A DNA stretch of 64,000 nt from NCBI RefSeq assembly GCF_006345805.1, contig NC_043003.1, forward strand, positions 64,294,001-64,358,000, given 5' to 3'. Source of the DNA: Octopus sinensis. Taxonomy: Eukaryota. Both the position numbers and the translations under genes were made by a program. Below, one piece after another: positions 1-11,640 of the stretch (within the stretch, counting starts at the first letter, position 1; each line of letters begins with the position of its first letter). A model generated the notes under the pieces. It was not told the DNA's origin. It did not search any database and worked only from the letters and a program-made list of their open reading frames with translations.

Positions 1-349
1 TTTGTCCGTGTTAACTAAAGAATTGTCTAAATTATTTCAAGTGTAATTTCTCTCCTTTTACCCATTGATAACAAATTGCTGTTAATAAAGAAAGATTTGA
101 AACTCAGTAGATTTAAGAGTTGTGGATTTAGCAAGTAACCTAACAATTTTTATATTTTATATTTAATTCAATAAACTGATAACCCCCAGTGGTAACAAGT
201 AGCCAAACATGAACAAATATATCAAATGCTGAAAAGCTATGGAAAGTTAGGTCGATAAACTGAATGAGCTTTGTTAAATTGATGTATTATTTCTGATTAT
301 AAACAGAAGTAATTTATAGTAAATATTTTTTTTTTCTCTATTCTGAAAG

Positions 350-478
350 CTTTTGTTCAAGACTATCTGAGAGAATATGGTTGTTTAAAGTTTATATTGA
401 ATATATTCACTTCAAACAGCAGCTCTCAAATAAAAGAGGCTACAATGTTCTGCTTGGCTTGTGCAATAGATCAAAATG
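350..478 (+). CDS. TERB1: TERB1-like ARM-repeat protein, first exon visible in window (xFVQDYLREYGCLKFILNIFTSNSSSQIKEATMFCLACAIDQN)
   Basis: Poly-T tract, AG at 348-349, GTAAGT donor at 479; 129 nt, phase 1-1. Resembles recalled human TERB1 YFREIGGLMFVKNLAKSSEHSMVKEAALYTLGAIAEKN. An alternative in-frame acceptor at 360-361 is possible. Confidence 0.85.
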
Positions 479-784
479 GTAAGTTTATATTTCTATACTT
501 CTTGTTTGAGATTTGGTGATGATATTGGACAAAAAAAAAAAAAAAGATTGTTAGAATATATTGTTTCATATTAATCTGTTCATAGAAATTTATTTTAGTC
601 CTCAACAGAAAACTATACACATGATGGTTCAGTAAGAAATGTTACAGAGAAAATATGTATTAACATAGGTTAGCTAGTCAGAGAATTTCTGTTCTGTTAT
701 TCAAATAAACCACCTACATGGTTACTTGACCTTCTAAAAATAGCAGCCATATCGCCTTCAAGCTTCACCCTTCTGTCTTTATAC

Positions 785-1100
785 TGGCACTCTGTTGGTT
801 ATGACGAGTGTCCCAGTTGATCCAATCAACAGAACAGCCTGCTCATGAAATTAGCATGCAAGTGGCTTAGCACTGCACAGACACGTATACCCTTAATGTA
901 GTTTTCAGGAAGATTTATTATGACTCAGAATGTGACAAGGTTGGCCCTTTGAAATACAGGCACTACTCAATTCTGCCAGTTGAGTGGACTGGAGCAATGT
1001 GAAATGAAGTGTCTTGCCCAAGGACAAAGCATGTTGCTGGAAATCGAACTCCCAACCTTAGAATCATGAGCTAAATATCCTAGCCATTAAATTACGTGCC
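785..1100 (-). mobile_element. tRNA-derived SINE (family B, CORE-like centre), diverged
   Basis: Reverse copy with tRNA-like head near 1020-1100 and ccttgggcaagacacttcatttcac core; body shared with 27829-28207 and 6580-6720. Confidence 0.7.
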
Positions 1101-1234
1101 TTTATAATGTTTGAATACACTGGATAACTTATTCCTGAATATAATATTCCAAGAAAAATTTTAAGAATGAATTTTGCTTGAATGCCTGTTGGATGAAAAG
1201 TTCTGTCACAGATAACCATAATTGTAATATGAAG

Positions 1235-1400
1235 AGAAAATCTTTTTTACCCAGCACACGTAAACAAAAGCGGAGTATTGTAGTCGCTTGTCTTTGTCTG
1301 TGTGTTTGCAAAATTACTGGAAAATGGCTTAACAGATTTTCACCAAATTTGACAGAAATACTCATTGGGTGAGTGACTCAAACTCATTAAATTTTGGTTT
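1235..1400 (+). mobile_element. HINE/Helentron-like non-autonomous fragment
   Basis: ttacccagc...gtctgtgtgtttgcaaaattact...aacagattttcaccaaatttg pattern typical of HINE 5' regions; no termini confirmed. Confidence 0.45.
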
Positions 1401-1705
1401 ATCTTCAAAACTGGCAGACGGGTGAATCAGAATGTTTTTTTTTTCTTTGTTACATATGCATCAACGATAAGCAGGGGAAATAACTCTTGATGTAATTTTG
1501 TTGAACTATGAATTTGTCTGAGAATATATTTATTAAATTAAATTTTATTTTATCCTTCTGTGTGTGCAAGGTATGCATCACCCCTCCAATGCCTTTTTTC
1601 ATTTAAATGTGTTTTAATTAGTTTATTGTTTTTATTAGTTGCCTGTCACAAACTGCTATATGTTTTTGTTAGTTATATTTAAAGAGAAATAGAAATATAT
1701 GTATA

Positions 1706-2086
1706 CTAGCAGTTGCCTGGCATTGCTCGGGTTTGTTTCGAACCTTTAAAATTGGAATTTTTGAAAAGTAAAAATTGTGCATTATATAGCTTATTATTCT
1801 CTTTAAGTGAACATTTTTCTGGTTGAAATACACCGAAAAATGGCGACACAGCAGTCAAAAAATAGGGATTTTCATAGAAAAAAAAAAAGCACCTTTTTGA
1901 TGTAAATAATTTTTGGTGTTAGCATGGTCTGATTTGAATTTTTTCTTCTACGGAAGGAAGAGCAAGCCTTCTATCATACTCTCAATTTTGGTCAACTTGC
2001 GCTGCAGGGTCTCGGAGGAGATAGTGTTAGTTGAGAGCTACCAAACTTGCCATACACAGACAACTTCAGCTTTATATATAAATAGA
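1706..2086 (-). mobile_element. Non-autonomous Helitron
   Basis: Minus strand reads a|TCTATTTATATATAAAGCTG ... CCCGAGCAATGCCAGGCAACTG-CTAG|t: TC start, 3' hairpin, CTAG end, inserted between A and T with no TSD. Confidence 0.85.
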
Positions 2087-2090
2087 TTTA

Positions 2091-2297
2091 CTCTTTTACT
2101 TGTTTCAGTCATTTGACTGCGGCCATGCTGGAGCACCGCCTTTAGTCGAGCAAATTGACCCCAGGACTTATTCTTTGTAAGCCTAGTATTTATTCTATTG
2201 GTCTCTTTTGCCGAACCGCTAAGTTACGGGGACGTCAACACACCAGCATCGGTTGTCAAGCATTGTTGGGGGGACAAACACAGACATACAAACATAT

Positions 2298-2342
<45 letters not shown>

Positions 2343-2520
2343 TATATACGATGGGCTTCTTTCAGTTTCCATCTACCAGATCCACTCAGAAGGTTTTGTA
2401 GAAGACACTTACCCAAGGTGCCATGCATTGGGAATAAACCTGGAACCTTGTGGTTGGCAAGCAAGCTACTTACCACACAGCCATGTGGTTGGTAAGCAAG
2501 CAACTTACCACAACCACTCC
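2091..2520 (-). mobile_element. tRNA-derived SINE family A, near full length
   Basis: Reverse complement of 2998-3378; internal (TA)n/(CA)n tract; short local duplication near 2450-2520. Confidence 0.9.
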
Positions 2521-2845
2521 TTTTATAAAGATGATAACCAAGAATGCTCATTTGATGTGGTGAACATATTTATGGTAAGTCCAATGATTGGTGCATTGTA
2601 AAAAATTTGCATCACAACTGTGAAAAGTCCAAGAAAAAGGGCTAAGTTTCCTAACCACACTAAAATACCAATTGATGACATTGTGAATGTGTTAATTTTG
2701 TGCTTAAAAACAATGAACTTACAGATTAAAAGTGAAATGTAGCAACATAGCCAGTGCAACCAGTAAACCCAGCACTTGCAAATAACCAGAAAATCTAGTG
2801 CTGACGAGAGCTGAGTATGGCTGTTAAATAACTTGAAACTCTTTC
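2521..2845 (+). mobile_element. Penelope-like element relic: RT fragment plus hammerhead core
   Basis: One frame reads SFDVVNIFMVSPMIGAL*KICITTVKSPRKRAKFPNHTKIPIDDIVNVLILCLKTMNLQ, resembling the PLE RT SFDVxSLFTxVP...LLxLCL region. CTGACGA at 2801-2807 and GAAA at 2835-2838. Confidence 0.72.
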
Positions 2846-2997
2846 AAATTCATGTTATTTCTAAATCCAAACATTATTTCAGGTATTTTGAATTAGAAAC
2901 AGTAAAGACTCAAGGATGAATTGTTACATAGCTTTCAAAAAACATCTAATTCTAGAGAGAATTTACAGTTTCAGAAACAAATTTTTTAAAAATTTGA

Positions 2998-3378
2998 GGC
3001 GTGGGAGTGGCTGTGTTGTAAGTAGCTTGCTTACCAACCACATGGTTCCAGGTTCAGTCCCACTGTGTGGCACCTTGGGCAAGTGTCTTCTACTAAAGCC
3101 TCGGGCCAACCAAAGCCTTGTGAGTGGATTTGGTAGATGGAAACGGAAAGAAGCCCATCATATATATATGTGTGCGTATATGTTTATGTGTCTGTGTTTG
3201 TTGCCCCAACATTGCTTGACAACCGATGCTGGTATGTTTACGTCCCCGTAACTTAGCAGTTCGACCGATAGAATAAGTACTAGGCTTACAAAGAATAAGT
3301 CCTGGGGTCGATTTGCTTGACTAAAGGCAGTGCTCCAGCATGGCCACAGCCAAATGACTGAAGCGAGTAAAAGAGTAA
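2998..3378 (+). mobile_element. tRNA-derived SINE family A, full length
   Basis: Head with A/B-box-like motifs (gtggctgtgttgtaag; ggttcagtccc), CORE-like ccttgggcaagtgtcttctact, tail aagtaaaagagtaa. More than 20 related pieces occur in the window. Confidence 0.9.
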
Positions 3379-4802
3379 GTGAAATAAATTCAACTTTAAT
3401 TTCATTGTCATGGTGTCACATAAACAGCACTTGTGCTGGTCCCACATATAGAGCACCCATGCTGGTGCCACATATAAAGCACTAGTGCTGGTGTTTCATA
3501 AAAAGCATTCAGTACACCCTGCAAAGTGGTTGGTGTTAGGAAGGGGATCCCACTTTAGAAAACATGCCAAACCAGACAAGTGGAGCCTGGTGCAGCTCTC
3601 CAGCTTTCCAGCTCCTGTCAAACCATTCAACCCGGACATTAAATGATGATGATGGATTTTATGATTCAAAGGTCTGTGTACTGTGAACCATAATAAGAAT
3701 AGACTAGACAGGCTGTTTTACAGGATGAAAACTTTTCTCACCCTGTATTATCTTACATTAAGAGTTAGATCTCTCCTTGACAGGCTGCCTTCACTCAAGC
3801 TGATTTACAATGAATAAATAAATAAATATTACATAAAATTAAAGAGAAAGTATTTACAATAGATAAAGAGATAAATAAATAGATAGACCTGGTGCCAACA
3901 GGAAATTACCCAAACAAGAGCTGAATTAAAAATGATTAGTAATGGCATATCATCTTAATAAAAATAATATTTTAGAAAGATATCTTATTTATGTCAATCA
4001 AAAATTTCCTAGTTTTTCTGAACTGAAATATTATCGCTAATAAAAAATCATATCTAATAAAAGTCTATGAAATAAAGTAATAAATTTTTGTAAAAAATGT
4101 TCTACTTAACAAATATTGATTTCAGATATTACGAAAGAAACTATCGGGACATTACTTCCTTCACTGCTGCCATTGATCAGATGTCTAAATTTTTCTTTCC
4201 TTAATAGCACTTGGTTTTTTTTTTCCTGTTTTTTATTAACGTGTAGTTCCAGAGAAAATCTAACAACTTATAATTGCCTCCCTGGAGGCAGAATAGTAAG
4301 ATAATAAAATATTTAAAAGTCTTAATACAAGAGACAAGATAGATATTTACTTATAGGATTATAATTTCACCTCTAGAAATGAACATTTTTTTTTTAGTAT
4401 ATAGATTTACACATCATTATCATTTAACATACATGTTCTATGCTGGCATGGGTCAGACAGTTTTATAGGAACTGATGTGTCCAAAGACTGCATTGTGTAA
4501 CAGTGTCTATATTGGCAGGGTTTCTACAGTTGGATATCCTTCTTAATGCCAACCACTTTACAAGTAAACAGGGTGCTTTTTCATGCCACTGGCACTAGTG
4601 AGGTCATCATGCAGCTTACAAGATTATGAAACCCAAGGCAACTGGGGGTGGGTTTATGCTAAGAAATGAGGGATTAAGGCATAAGATTGTGATCATGGTC
4701 TTCAGGTACCTTATTCCTGGATTTGTAGGCTATGATTAATAATGTTCTCCTCTACGATGCTACAACAAGTAAAAACACCATTTTTTTTTTCTTCCTTTTG
4801 TC

Positions 4803-4840
4803 ACCCTCAGATGAAGGACAAGACCTGAAATGTCAGACCC
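4803..4840 (+). ncRNA. Decayed Penelope-type minimal hammerhead motif
   Basis: ccct-CAGATGA-AGG acaaga CCT-GAAA-tg-TC-ag. The U4 position is mutated to A and stem I is weak. Confidence 0.45.
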
Positions 4841-5792
4841 TATAGTTATCACAGCTCATGGGTTTTAACTATCATAAATTTTATTATACTGCAAATGATA
4901 TTCATGCATTTCACAATAAGAGATGGGAGATGAAACAGTCACTAAGCCTTGTAGTAAAATATCTATAGAAAGAAATCTTAATAGTCAATAGACTAGCAAG
5001 CTTGCTTGCTTGCTATAATATTGCACTGGGGAATCATTTACAGAATTGATTTGTTTCTTGCAGCATGTTGCATGACCACAACAGATGATGACTAATCAAT
5101 GAACTTCATTAATCCTTTCAAATGTAGAATACGAAACTTTGTTTAAATTCAATCCTTAATTATTTCAGAAACATGCAAACTTAAACCATAAAATATATAA
5201 TCATGCAACTAATCTCACCCCACCTCCCTAAAATTGCTGGCCTTGTGCCAAAATTTAAAGCCATTATTATTACTATTATCTTAATGCTATTTATTGTGAT
5301 GGGACAAGTAGATGGTATCATGCTGAGCAGTAATTAATTTTGTTGATTAATGACCAAGTTCAAATCCTGCCAGTCAGCTTTGGCATTGCATTTTATCCCA
5401 CTGTTTGTCTGCAGGAAATATTTACCATGTCCACTCCGTAATGTGGTTAGCATTAGGAAAGGCATTCAGCCATAGAAACCATGCCAAAATAGGAATGGAA
5501 CCTGGGCAGCTCCTTTCAAACCAGCCAACTCATTCCAGCATGGAAAATGGATGTTAAATGATGATGTTGATTCAGTTCATCAGATTGCAGCTGCTCCAAC
5601 ACATCATCTGTGTATGTGTAGGTACAAATTATGTTATGCAATAACAGTTTATATAGGGTTAAGGGGTCACCAATTGATTGAGATACATCACTAGCCAAGC
5701 AGCACTGTGAGCAACAACAGCATTAATACTTTTTGCTTAGTATAGAGGAGATTTCATTTTACTTCTAATAAACTTTGTCCAGGAAATATCAC

Positions 5793-6275
5793 CATCATCA
5801 TCATCATCGTCGTTTAACGTCCGCTTTCCATGTTGGCATGGGTTGGACAGTTTGTCTGAGGACTGGCAAGCCAGAAGGCTCCAATCTGATCTGGCAAAAT
5901 TTCTACAGCTGGATGCCCTTCCTAACGCCAACCACTCTGGGAGTGTAGTGGGTGATTTTATGTGCCACCAGCACGAGGGCCAGTCAGGCAGTTCTGGCAA
6001 TAACCACACTCAAAAGATGTTTTTTATGTGCTACCTGTATGGGAGCCAGTCTGGTGGCATTGGCAACGACCATGCTCGAATGTTGTTTTTCACATGCCAC
6101 CAGCACATGTACCAGTAAAGCAACACTGGCAATGATCATGCTTGAATGGTGCTTTTTATGTGCCACTGGTATGGGAGCCAACCAGTGGCCCTGGCAACAA
6201 TCATGCTCAGATGGTGCTTTTAACGTTCCACTGGCACGAGTGCCAATCAGGTGGTACTGTCATCGGCCACGTCAG
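5793..6275 (-). mobile_element. RTE-3'-tail element with about 65-bp internal repeats
   Basis: (CAT)n tail, tttaacgtccgctttccatg, ggatgcccttcctaacgccaaccact. Related copies at 12013-12310, 12876-13105, 20483-21055, 58543-58935, 59150-59350, 60200-60510 and many others. Confidence 0.85.
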
Positions 6276-6984
6276 TGAAATATATTAGATTAAATAAAAG
6301 TCTTTAGGAGTTCTTGCAAAATTTGAGTGTTGAAGTATTCCAAATAGACATAAATTTAGTTCTCTATTCTTAGTTTAAACTCTTTGGAATGAATTCAAAA
6401 TCCATTTGTTACTTAATAGCAAATTGACGAATAATTAAGTGAAATTTATCAAGAAATTCTAAACCCAAATTGGGATTCATTTACTCCAAGGTTTCAAGTA
6501 AACATAAATAATTACTTGAACTTTCAGTGATGGGAAATTTAACCAATGCCAGCATGGAAAATTGATGGTAAATGATTGTAGCATTCTGTCAGTTACGACG
6601 ACGGGGGTTCCAGTTGATCTGATCAATGGAACAGCCTGCTCGTGAAATTAACGTGCAAGTGGCTGAGCACTCCATAGACACATGTACCCTTAATGTAGTT
6701 GTCGGAGAGATTCAGCATTAATGATAATAGGAATGTAGGAAAAATTTCAAGATAGAGAAGAGCTTTGATTTAAATCAAACCTTCTTACATTACACCTTAA
6801 AATGTTTTATCAATATGGTCAATTAGATGAGACCTTTACAAAGATAAATAACTATAAAGCTATCAGACTCAGTTTAATTTAAATGAAATAGAGAAAATAA
6901 AATGTCAGTGAGAACTGAATGTATGATAATTCTTAATTGTACTCACACAGATCATCACATATTGTAGTCAGTAATCTTCTAGAT

Positions 6985-7076
6985 CAGTGGTTCTCAACCA
7001 TTTGTTTTACCTAGGGACCCCTTTCATTACTATTTTATTCTCGGGGAATCCCCTTTCCATGTGATGCATTAAAAAC
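6985..7076 (+). mobile_element. hAT-Charlie-type 5' end fragment
   Basis: CAGTGGTTCTCAACC terminus preceded by ttctagat, which fits the NTCTAGAN Charlie target. Other end not found. Confidence 0.65.
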
Positions 7077-7276
7077 TACATTATTTACATTGGACAGATA
7101 TGTGTCCTCATCAACGCAGGTGTCCTGGTAGAATTTTGAACCCAACCCTGAGTTCTCATTCCTAAGGTATTTTTTTGCTGATGTTATTATTTATTCAAGG
7201 CAGTGCCTGGAATTGAACTCACAGTCTTGCAGTTAGTAGCCCATGCTGTTAACCATTACGTTATATGCCCGTGGGC
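7077..7276 (-). mobile_element. tRNA-headed SINE, same family as 61940-62245, with the hammerhead segment deleted
   Basis: Shares gcccayggGCATAT head, ataccttaggaatgagaac, gggttgggttcaaaatt and atgaggacacatatc..aatgtaaataatgta with the 61.9-kb copy. Confidence 0.75.
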
Positions 7277-8085
7277 GATTATAGATCTATAATCCACCAT
7301 CACTTGACAACTGATGTCAGTGTGTTTATGTCCTCATAACTTAGCAGTTCAGCAAAAGAGACCAATAGAATAAGTACTAGGCTTACAAAGAATAAGTACT
7401 GGGGAGGGGGGGTCGATTTGTTTGACTAAAGGCAGTGCTCCAGCCTGACTGCAGTCAATTGGCTGAAACAAATAAAAGAATAAAAATTACAATGTGATCT
7501 ACAGAAAGTGACCAATGAACAACTCTCTGACCCTTCTTCAGTGGACCAAACAAGACAGCTTCTACTGGCCAGGCACTGTTGGAGTCATCCAGAGTTGTTC
7601 ACCAGCAGCTAAAGGAGATCGGGTTATGACAAAAGTGCAAGTTTAGAGGATAAAATGAGGAAAATTTATTAATCTTCAACATCTATCTATTTCTCATGCT
7701 GGCATGGGTTGGATGGTTCTAGAAGTGCTGGTGAGCCAAAGTACTCTGCCAAGCTCCTGTCTTTGATTTGATATGATTTCTATAGCAGATGCTCTTCCAA
7801 ATGTCTACCACTTTGCAGAATGTACTAAATGCTTTTCACTTGGCACCAGCATTAATGAGATTACCAAGTAACTCACAAAATAAGATCCCCACAACTGAAA
7901 ATGTTGTGTAGTACTGAGGGAGGTGGCCTTATGCCACTTCCCCAGCACTACACAAGTGAGGTTAAAGTATGATAGAGGAACCAGAATAAGTGTCTTGCTT
8001 TTAGGAGAAATACATGCTTACCCCAGCTGGAAAAGAGAAGACAGTGGTGCAGTTGTGTCCATGTAACTGTCTACCCTAAAGCAAT

Positions 8086-8248
8086 TACCGTATTTTAACG
8101 TGTATAAGGAACTCCCTAATTTTAGGGGCTTAAAATTTAGAAAGGTTTTGTAAGGGATTATAATACTATCCATGTATAAGAAACTCCCATATTTTTTAAC
8201 CTAATTTTTGACAAAAAAAGGGTTCCTTATACACATTAAAATATGGTA
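8086..8248. mobile_element. Tc2/pogo-type MITE with TA target duplication
   Basis: TA|CCGTATTTTAACGTGTATAAGGAAC ... GTTCCTTATACACATTAAAATATGG|TA; 2 mismatches in 25-bp TIRs. Confidence 0.9.
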
Positions 8249-8421
8249 TTTTATGCAAGTATGTGTTTCTTTTGGTTTATGACTGAAAGAGATTACCTTT
8301 TTTTGTATTATATTTATTCTAAATTATTAAATCTACTTCCAGAATAACTGTACTGCTCTCTTATACTGTGACATTTACTTATCTTAATGTATTCATTTGC
8401 ACTTATTTATTTCTTTTGCAG

Positions 8422-8553
8422 TTTCTTCCCAAAAATTCATGACTACATCTTTTGTCTTTGAACATTTAAGCAAAATACTGTCATATGACATACATACCAA
8501 TAACTTACATCATACAGCGACATACTTCATCTCCTGCATAACCAATAACAATA
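8422..8553 (+). CDS. TERB1: TERB1-like exon 2 (VSSQKFMTTSFVFEHLSKILSYDIHTNNLHHTATYFISCITNNN)
   Basis: ttcttttgcAG acceptor, GTAAGT donor; 132 nt, phase 1-1. Colinear with TERB1 VYCQQTLCTSELFEDLTWFLSN...VYVILVLVSNN. Confidence 0.88.
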
Positions 8554-9096
8554 GTAAGTAGATTATTTCTCACTTCAATTATTATTAGAGTCTTATAAAG
8601 TCATTTCATTCTCCATCAAAACATTAATTATTGTTCAATTTTTAAATGAATTCCAACTCACCCCTTGTAATACTATTCCCCACTTTCAGTTGAGAAGCTT
8701 TTGTCTTCTTTGCCTTGCATGGTACTTGGTGACCTTGTCAGTGATGGTGCCACGTAAAAAGTACTGGTGTTAGTGTTATGTAAAAACACAAGTATACTCT
8801 ATAAAGTGGTTGACATTAAGATGGGCATCCTGCGGTAAAAACCATGCCAAAAAAATACAAAGGAGCCACTTACAGCTCCCAGTCTTGCCAGCTCCTGTTA
8901 AACCATCCAATTCAAGCCAGCATGGAAAACAAACATTAAATGATGATGATGATGATGATGGTATATACAGCTTACAAATATATTTGTCTTTGTTATTCTT
9001 GTCTTATTTCTGAACCTGAGAAGGACAGACGAACATACTTTTGAATTACTGTCAATCTGTGTCTCCCCCTATATATATATATATATATAAATTGTA

Positions 9097-10690
9097 CTAG
9101 CTGAATGACCTGCTGTTGCTTGGGTTACTACTGTTCTTATTCAGATTAGTAAACAATAAATATAAAGATATATTCTCATAATTATTTCAAAATATCTATA
9201 TTTTATTTAAAAATTGTAATGATAATAGAATTTCAAGCTGAAAATCTGTCAATGTTGAAGCATCTCAGGGTAAACAATATTCATTGCGTAATTTTTTGTT
9301 GATCTCGAAATGAATAAATTGTTGCTGCTTCCAACTCGTGTGCAAACAACATAGAGTTGGCTGTGGGGGAAGCATGTAGTAGAGAGATCAAGTCCAACTA
9401 CCTTGAGAGATTTCCCCTGAGATTTGTTAATTGAAATATCAAAACTTAGTTTGACTGGAAACTGAGGCAACTTAAATAGAACACCTGTAGGTATGAGAGG
9501 AATTTTCGGAATAAAGACATTTTCTCCTTTGTGACTACCTGTTATGATTGTTGCCTCTAGGACATGGAGAGCATCTTAGAGATGAACATAATTTCTAGCC
9601 CTTAACATTTTTTGATTGTTATGAATGTAGAGGAGATGCTGACTCTCAACTTTAGCATGCATGTCAACCAGGTATTGCTGAAATAGATCACGATACATGT
9701 TTAATTGATTTGATTGTTCTGATCTTAAAATCAGTTGCCAAGAATAGAAGTCATTTGACGACACCATTTTGTTTGTAATTGTAATTGCAGGTTCAATCTG
9801 TGGAATATTGAAATGATAGCCATCTTGTCCATTCCACAAATTAAGAAGATACTGGAGAGTATCATAAGAGGGACAAGTCTTTGAAACACGTTTAAGGTTG
9901 TTATCTTGGGCACAAATGAGAATATCACGATTTTCATGGGGATCACCTACCATAAGGATGGCTACTTCATTAGATGTAGGCTCATTGAAATGACGTAAAA
10001 TGTCCTTTACTGTAGTTTACTATAGACATAATGAACGTGGAAACACACACACACTCAGACACATATACATTCATACACATATGTATGTGTAGATGTGTGT
10101 GTGTGTGTGTGTTTAATTATCACACAGGCTCACACACATACACTCTGATATACACTCACATACATATACTAAGACGAACACACGCCGACATACATTCACG
10201 CGCACCTCAGGCCTATCTCTGTCCCTCTCTGTGTCTCTCTGTCTTTAGGTGCATGTGTGTGTGTGTGTGTCAGTCATCACAAAAATGTATGTATACTGAC
10301 ATACACACATACACCCTCACATACACTCACACTCATATTCTTCTCAGTCATCAGCCTAATGTATGTAAAAAAATGCACACACACACACAACTCACAGGCA
10401 CACACACTCATATAGAAAATGTGACATGGTAGTGGTGGTATAAAATGCTGATTATGATAGTTGGCTTTTAGATAGATTATAATGTTAATTTTTTGTGATG
10501 CAAATATGTAAATGAAAATAAAGTTTATTTGGTAGCTGAAAGATTACTGAATCTTTTGATACCCCATACGTCAAAATCGGCAACTAAGTTTCTGACTGCA
10601 TAAGGACACACTAATACACATATGTATATGTACGTGTCGATGTGTGTGTTTAATTGTGTGAGGCTTAACCTATAAAAATTATCACACATA

Positions 10691-10722
<32 letters not shown>

Positions 10723-11208
10723 GTCTCACATACACTCACATACATATACTAAGACAGACACACACAGACATACATTCATTCACATCTCGGCTATTTCTGT
10801 CCCTCTGTGTGTCTCTCTCTGTCTTTAGATGTGTGTGTGTGTGTGTCAATCTTTACAGAAATGTATGTATACTGATACACACATACACCCACACACATAT
10901 ACTTCTCAGTCATCGGCCTAACGTATCTAACAGACACGCACATACTCATATAGAAAATTTGATGTGATGGTGGTGGTGGTATAAAATGTCATTTACAATA
11001 GTAGACCTCTAGGAAGATTATAATGTTAAATTTTTGTAATGCAAATATGTAAATGAAAATAGAGTTTGTTTAGTAGCCGAAAGATTACTGAATCTTTTGA
11101 TACTTCATATGTCAAATTTGGTAACTAAGTTTTTGAATACATAAGGAATATACACACATATACATGTGCATGCATGCACACACAGACACACAAACTCTAT
11201 TTTGTAGA
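9097..11208 (-). mobile_element. Internally deleted Helitron with Rep and PIF1-helicase relics
   Basis: 3' CTAG at 9097-9100 with degenerate hairpin. Helicase C-terminus QFPVKLSFDISINKSQGKSL...QLYVVCTRV (9249-9560). Rep N-terminal region FNEPTSNEVAILMVG...YDTLQY...LFQQYLVDMHAKVE (9576-9995). Probable 5' TC at 11207-11208. Confidence 0.9.
10130..11170. repeat. Tandem duplication of about 580 bp inside the Helitron 5' region
   Basis: About 10130-10620 and 10720-11170 share long colinear blocks (catatactaagac, cttctcagtcatc, gcaaatatgtaaatgaaaata, gaaagattactgaatcttttgatac). Confidence 0.85.
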
Positions 11209-11429
11209 TATATATATATCATCATCAATATATATTATACTTTATTTATCAACTCCTTCGATGATATTATCATTAAGCAAAGTAAATGTTTGGCCTTTAA
11301 TTTTCACTGTTTCCATTATTGCAAATAAATTGCTGTTCAAAATGATGAAGATATTAAATATCTAATAATTGAAATTGTTAATTTCTAAATTTACTTTAGT
11401 ATTCATACCAAATAAATGTTGTTTTCATA

Positions 11430-11640
11430 ATCATCATTTTAATGTCTTCTTCTTCATGCTTGCTTGCGTCAGACGGAATTTGTTGTAGCAGATTCTCTAT
11501 GGCCAGATGCCTATCCCTTCTCCTACTCTCACTTCTTCCCAGCAAGGTAATATTTCCCCATAGTAGACAGGAAATGAACAACCCTGCTTGTATGAAGGTG
11601 ACGCTCACTTACAATCATCATGTGATTATCGAGACAAGGG
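11430..11640 (-). mobile_element. Second (CAT)n-tailed retroposon family (family C)
   Basis: gaatttgtt..ggcagatt..ctac.gctggatg...ccaagcaaggtaatatttcccc. Related copies at about 16700-16940, 17740-17930, 19930-20150, 26370-26610, 32690-32910, 46260-46490 and 48915-49370. Confidence 0.75.

Noticed and set aside
70-140. IKKDLKL resembling TERB1 N-terminal MKTDLNL
   Set aside because: Similarity ends at once, a stop follows and there is no usable splice donor; the true N-terminal exon is probably upstream of the window.
4128-4304. Acceptor-like site opening DITKETIGTLLPSLLPLIRCL in phase with exon 1
   Set aside because: No phase-compatible donor, and exons 1 and 2 already align contiguously to TERB1.
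9016-9045. cctgagaaggacagacgaac, a faint hammerhead-like relic
   Set aside because: Core has deletions on both sides; cannot be distinguished from chance.
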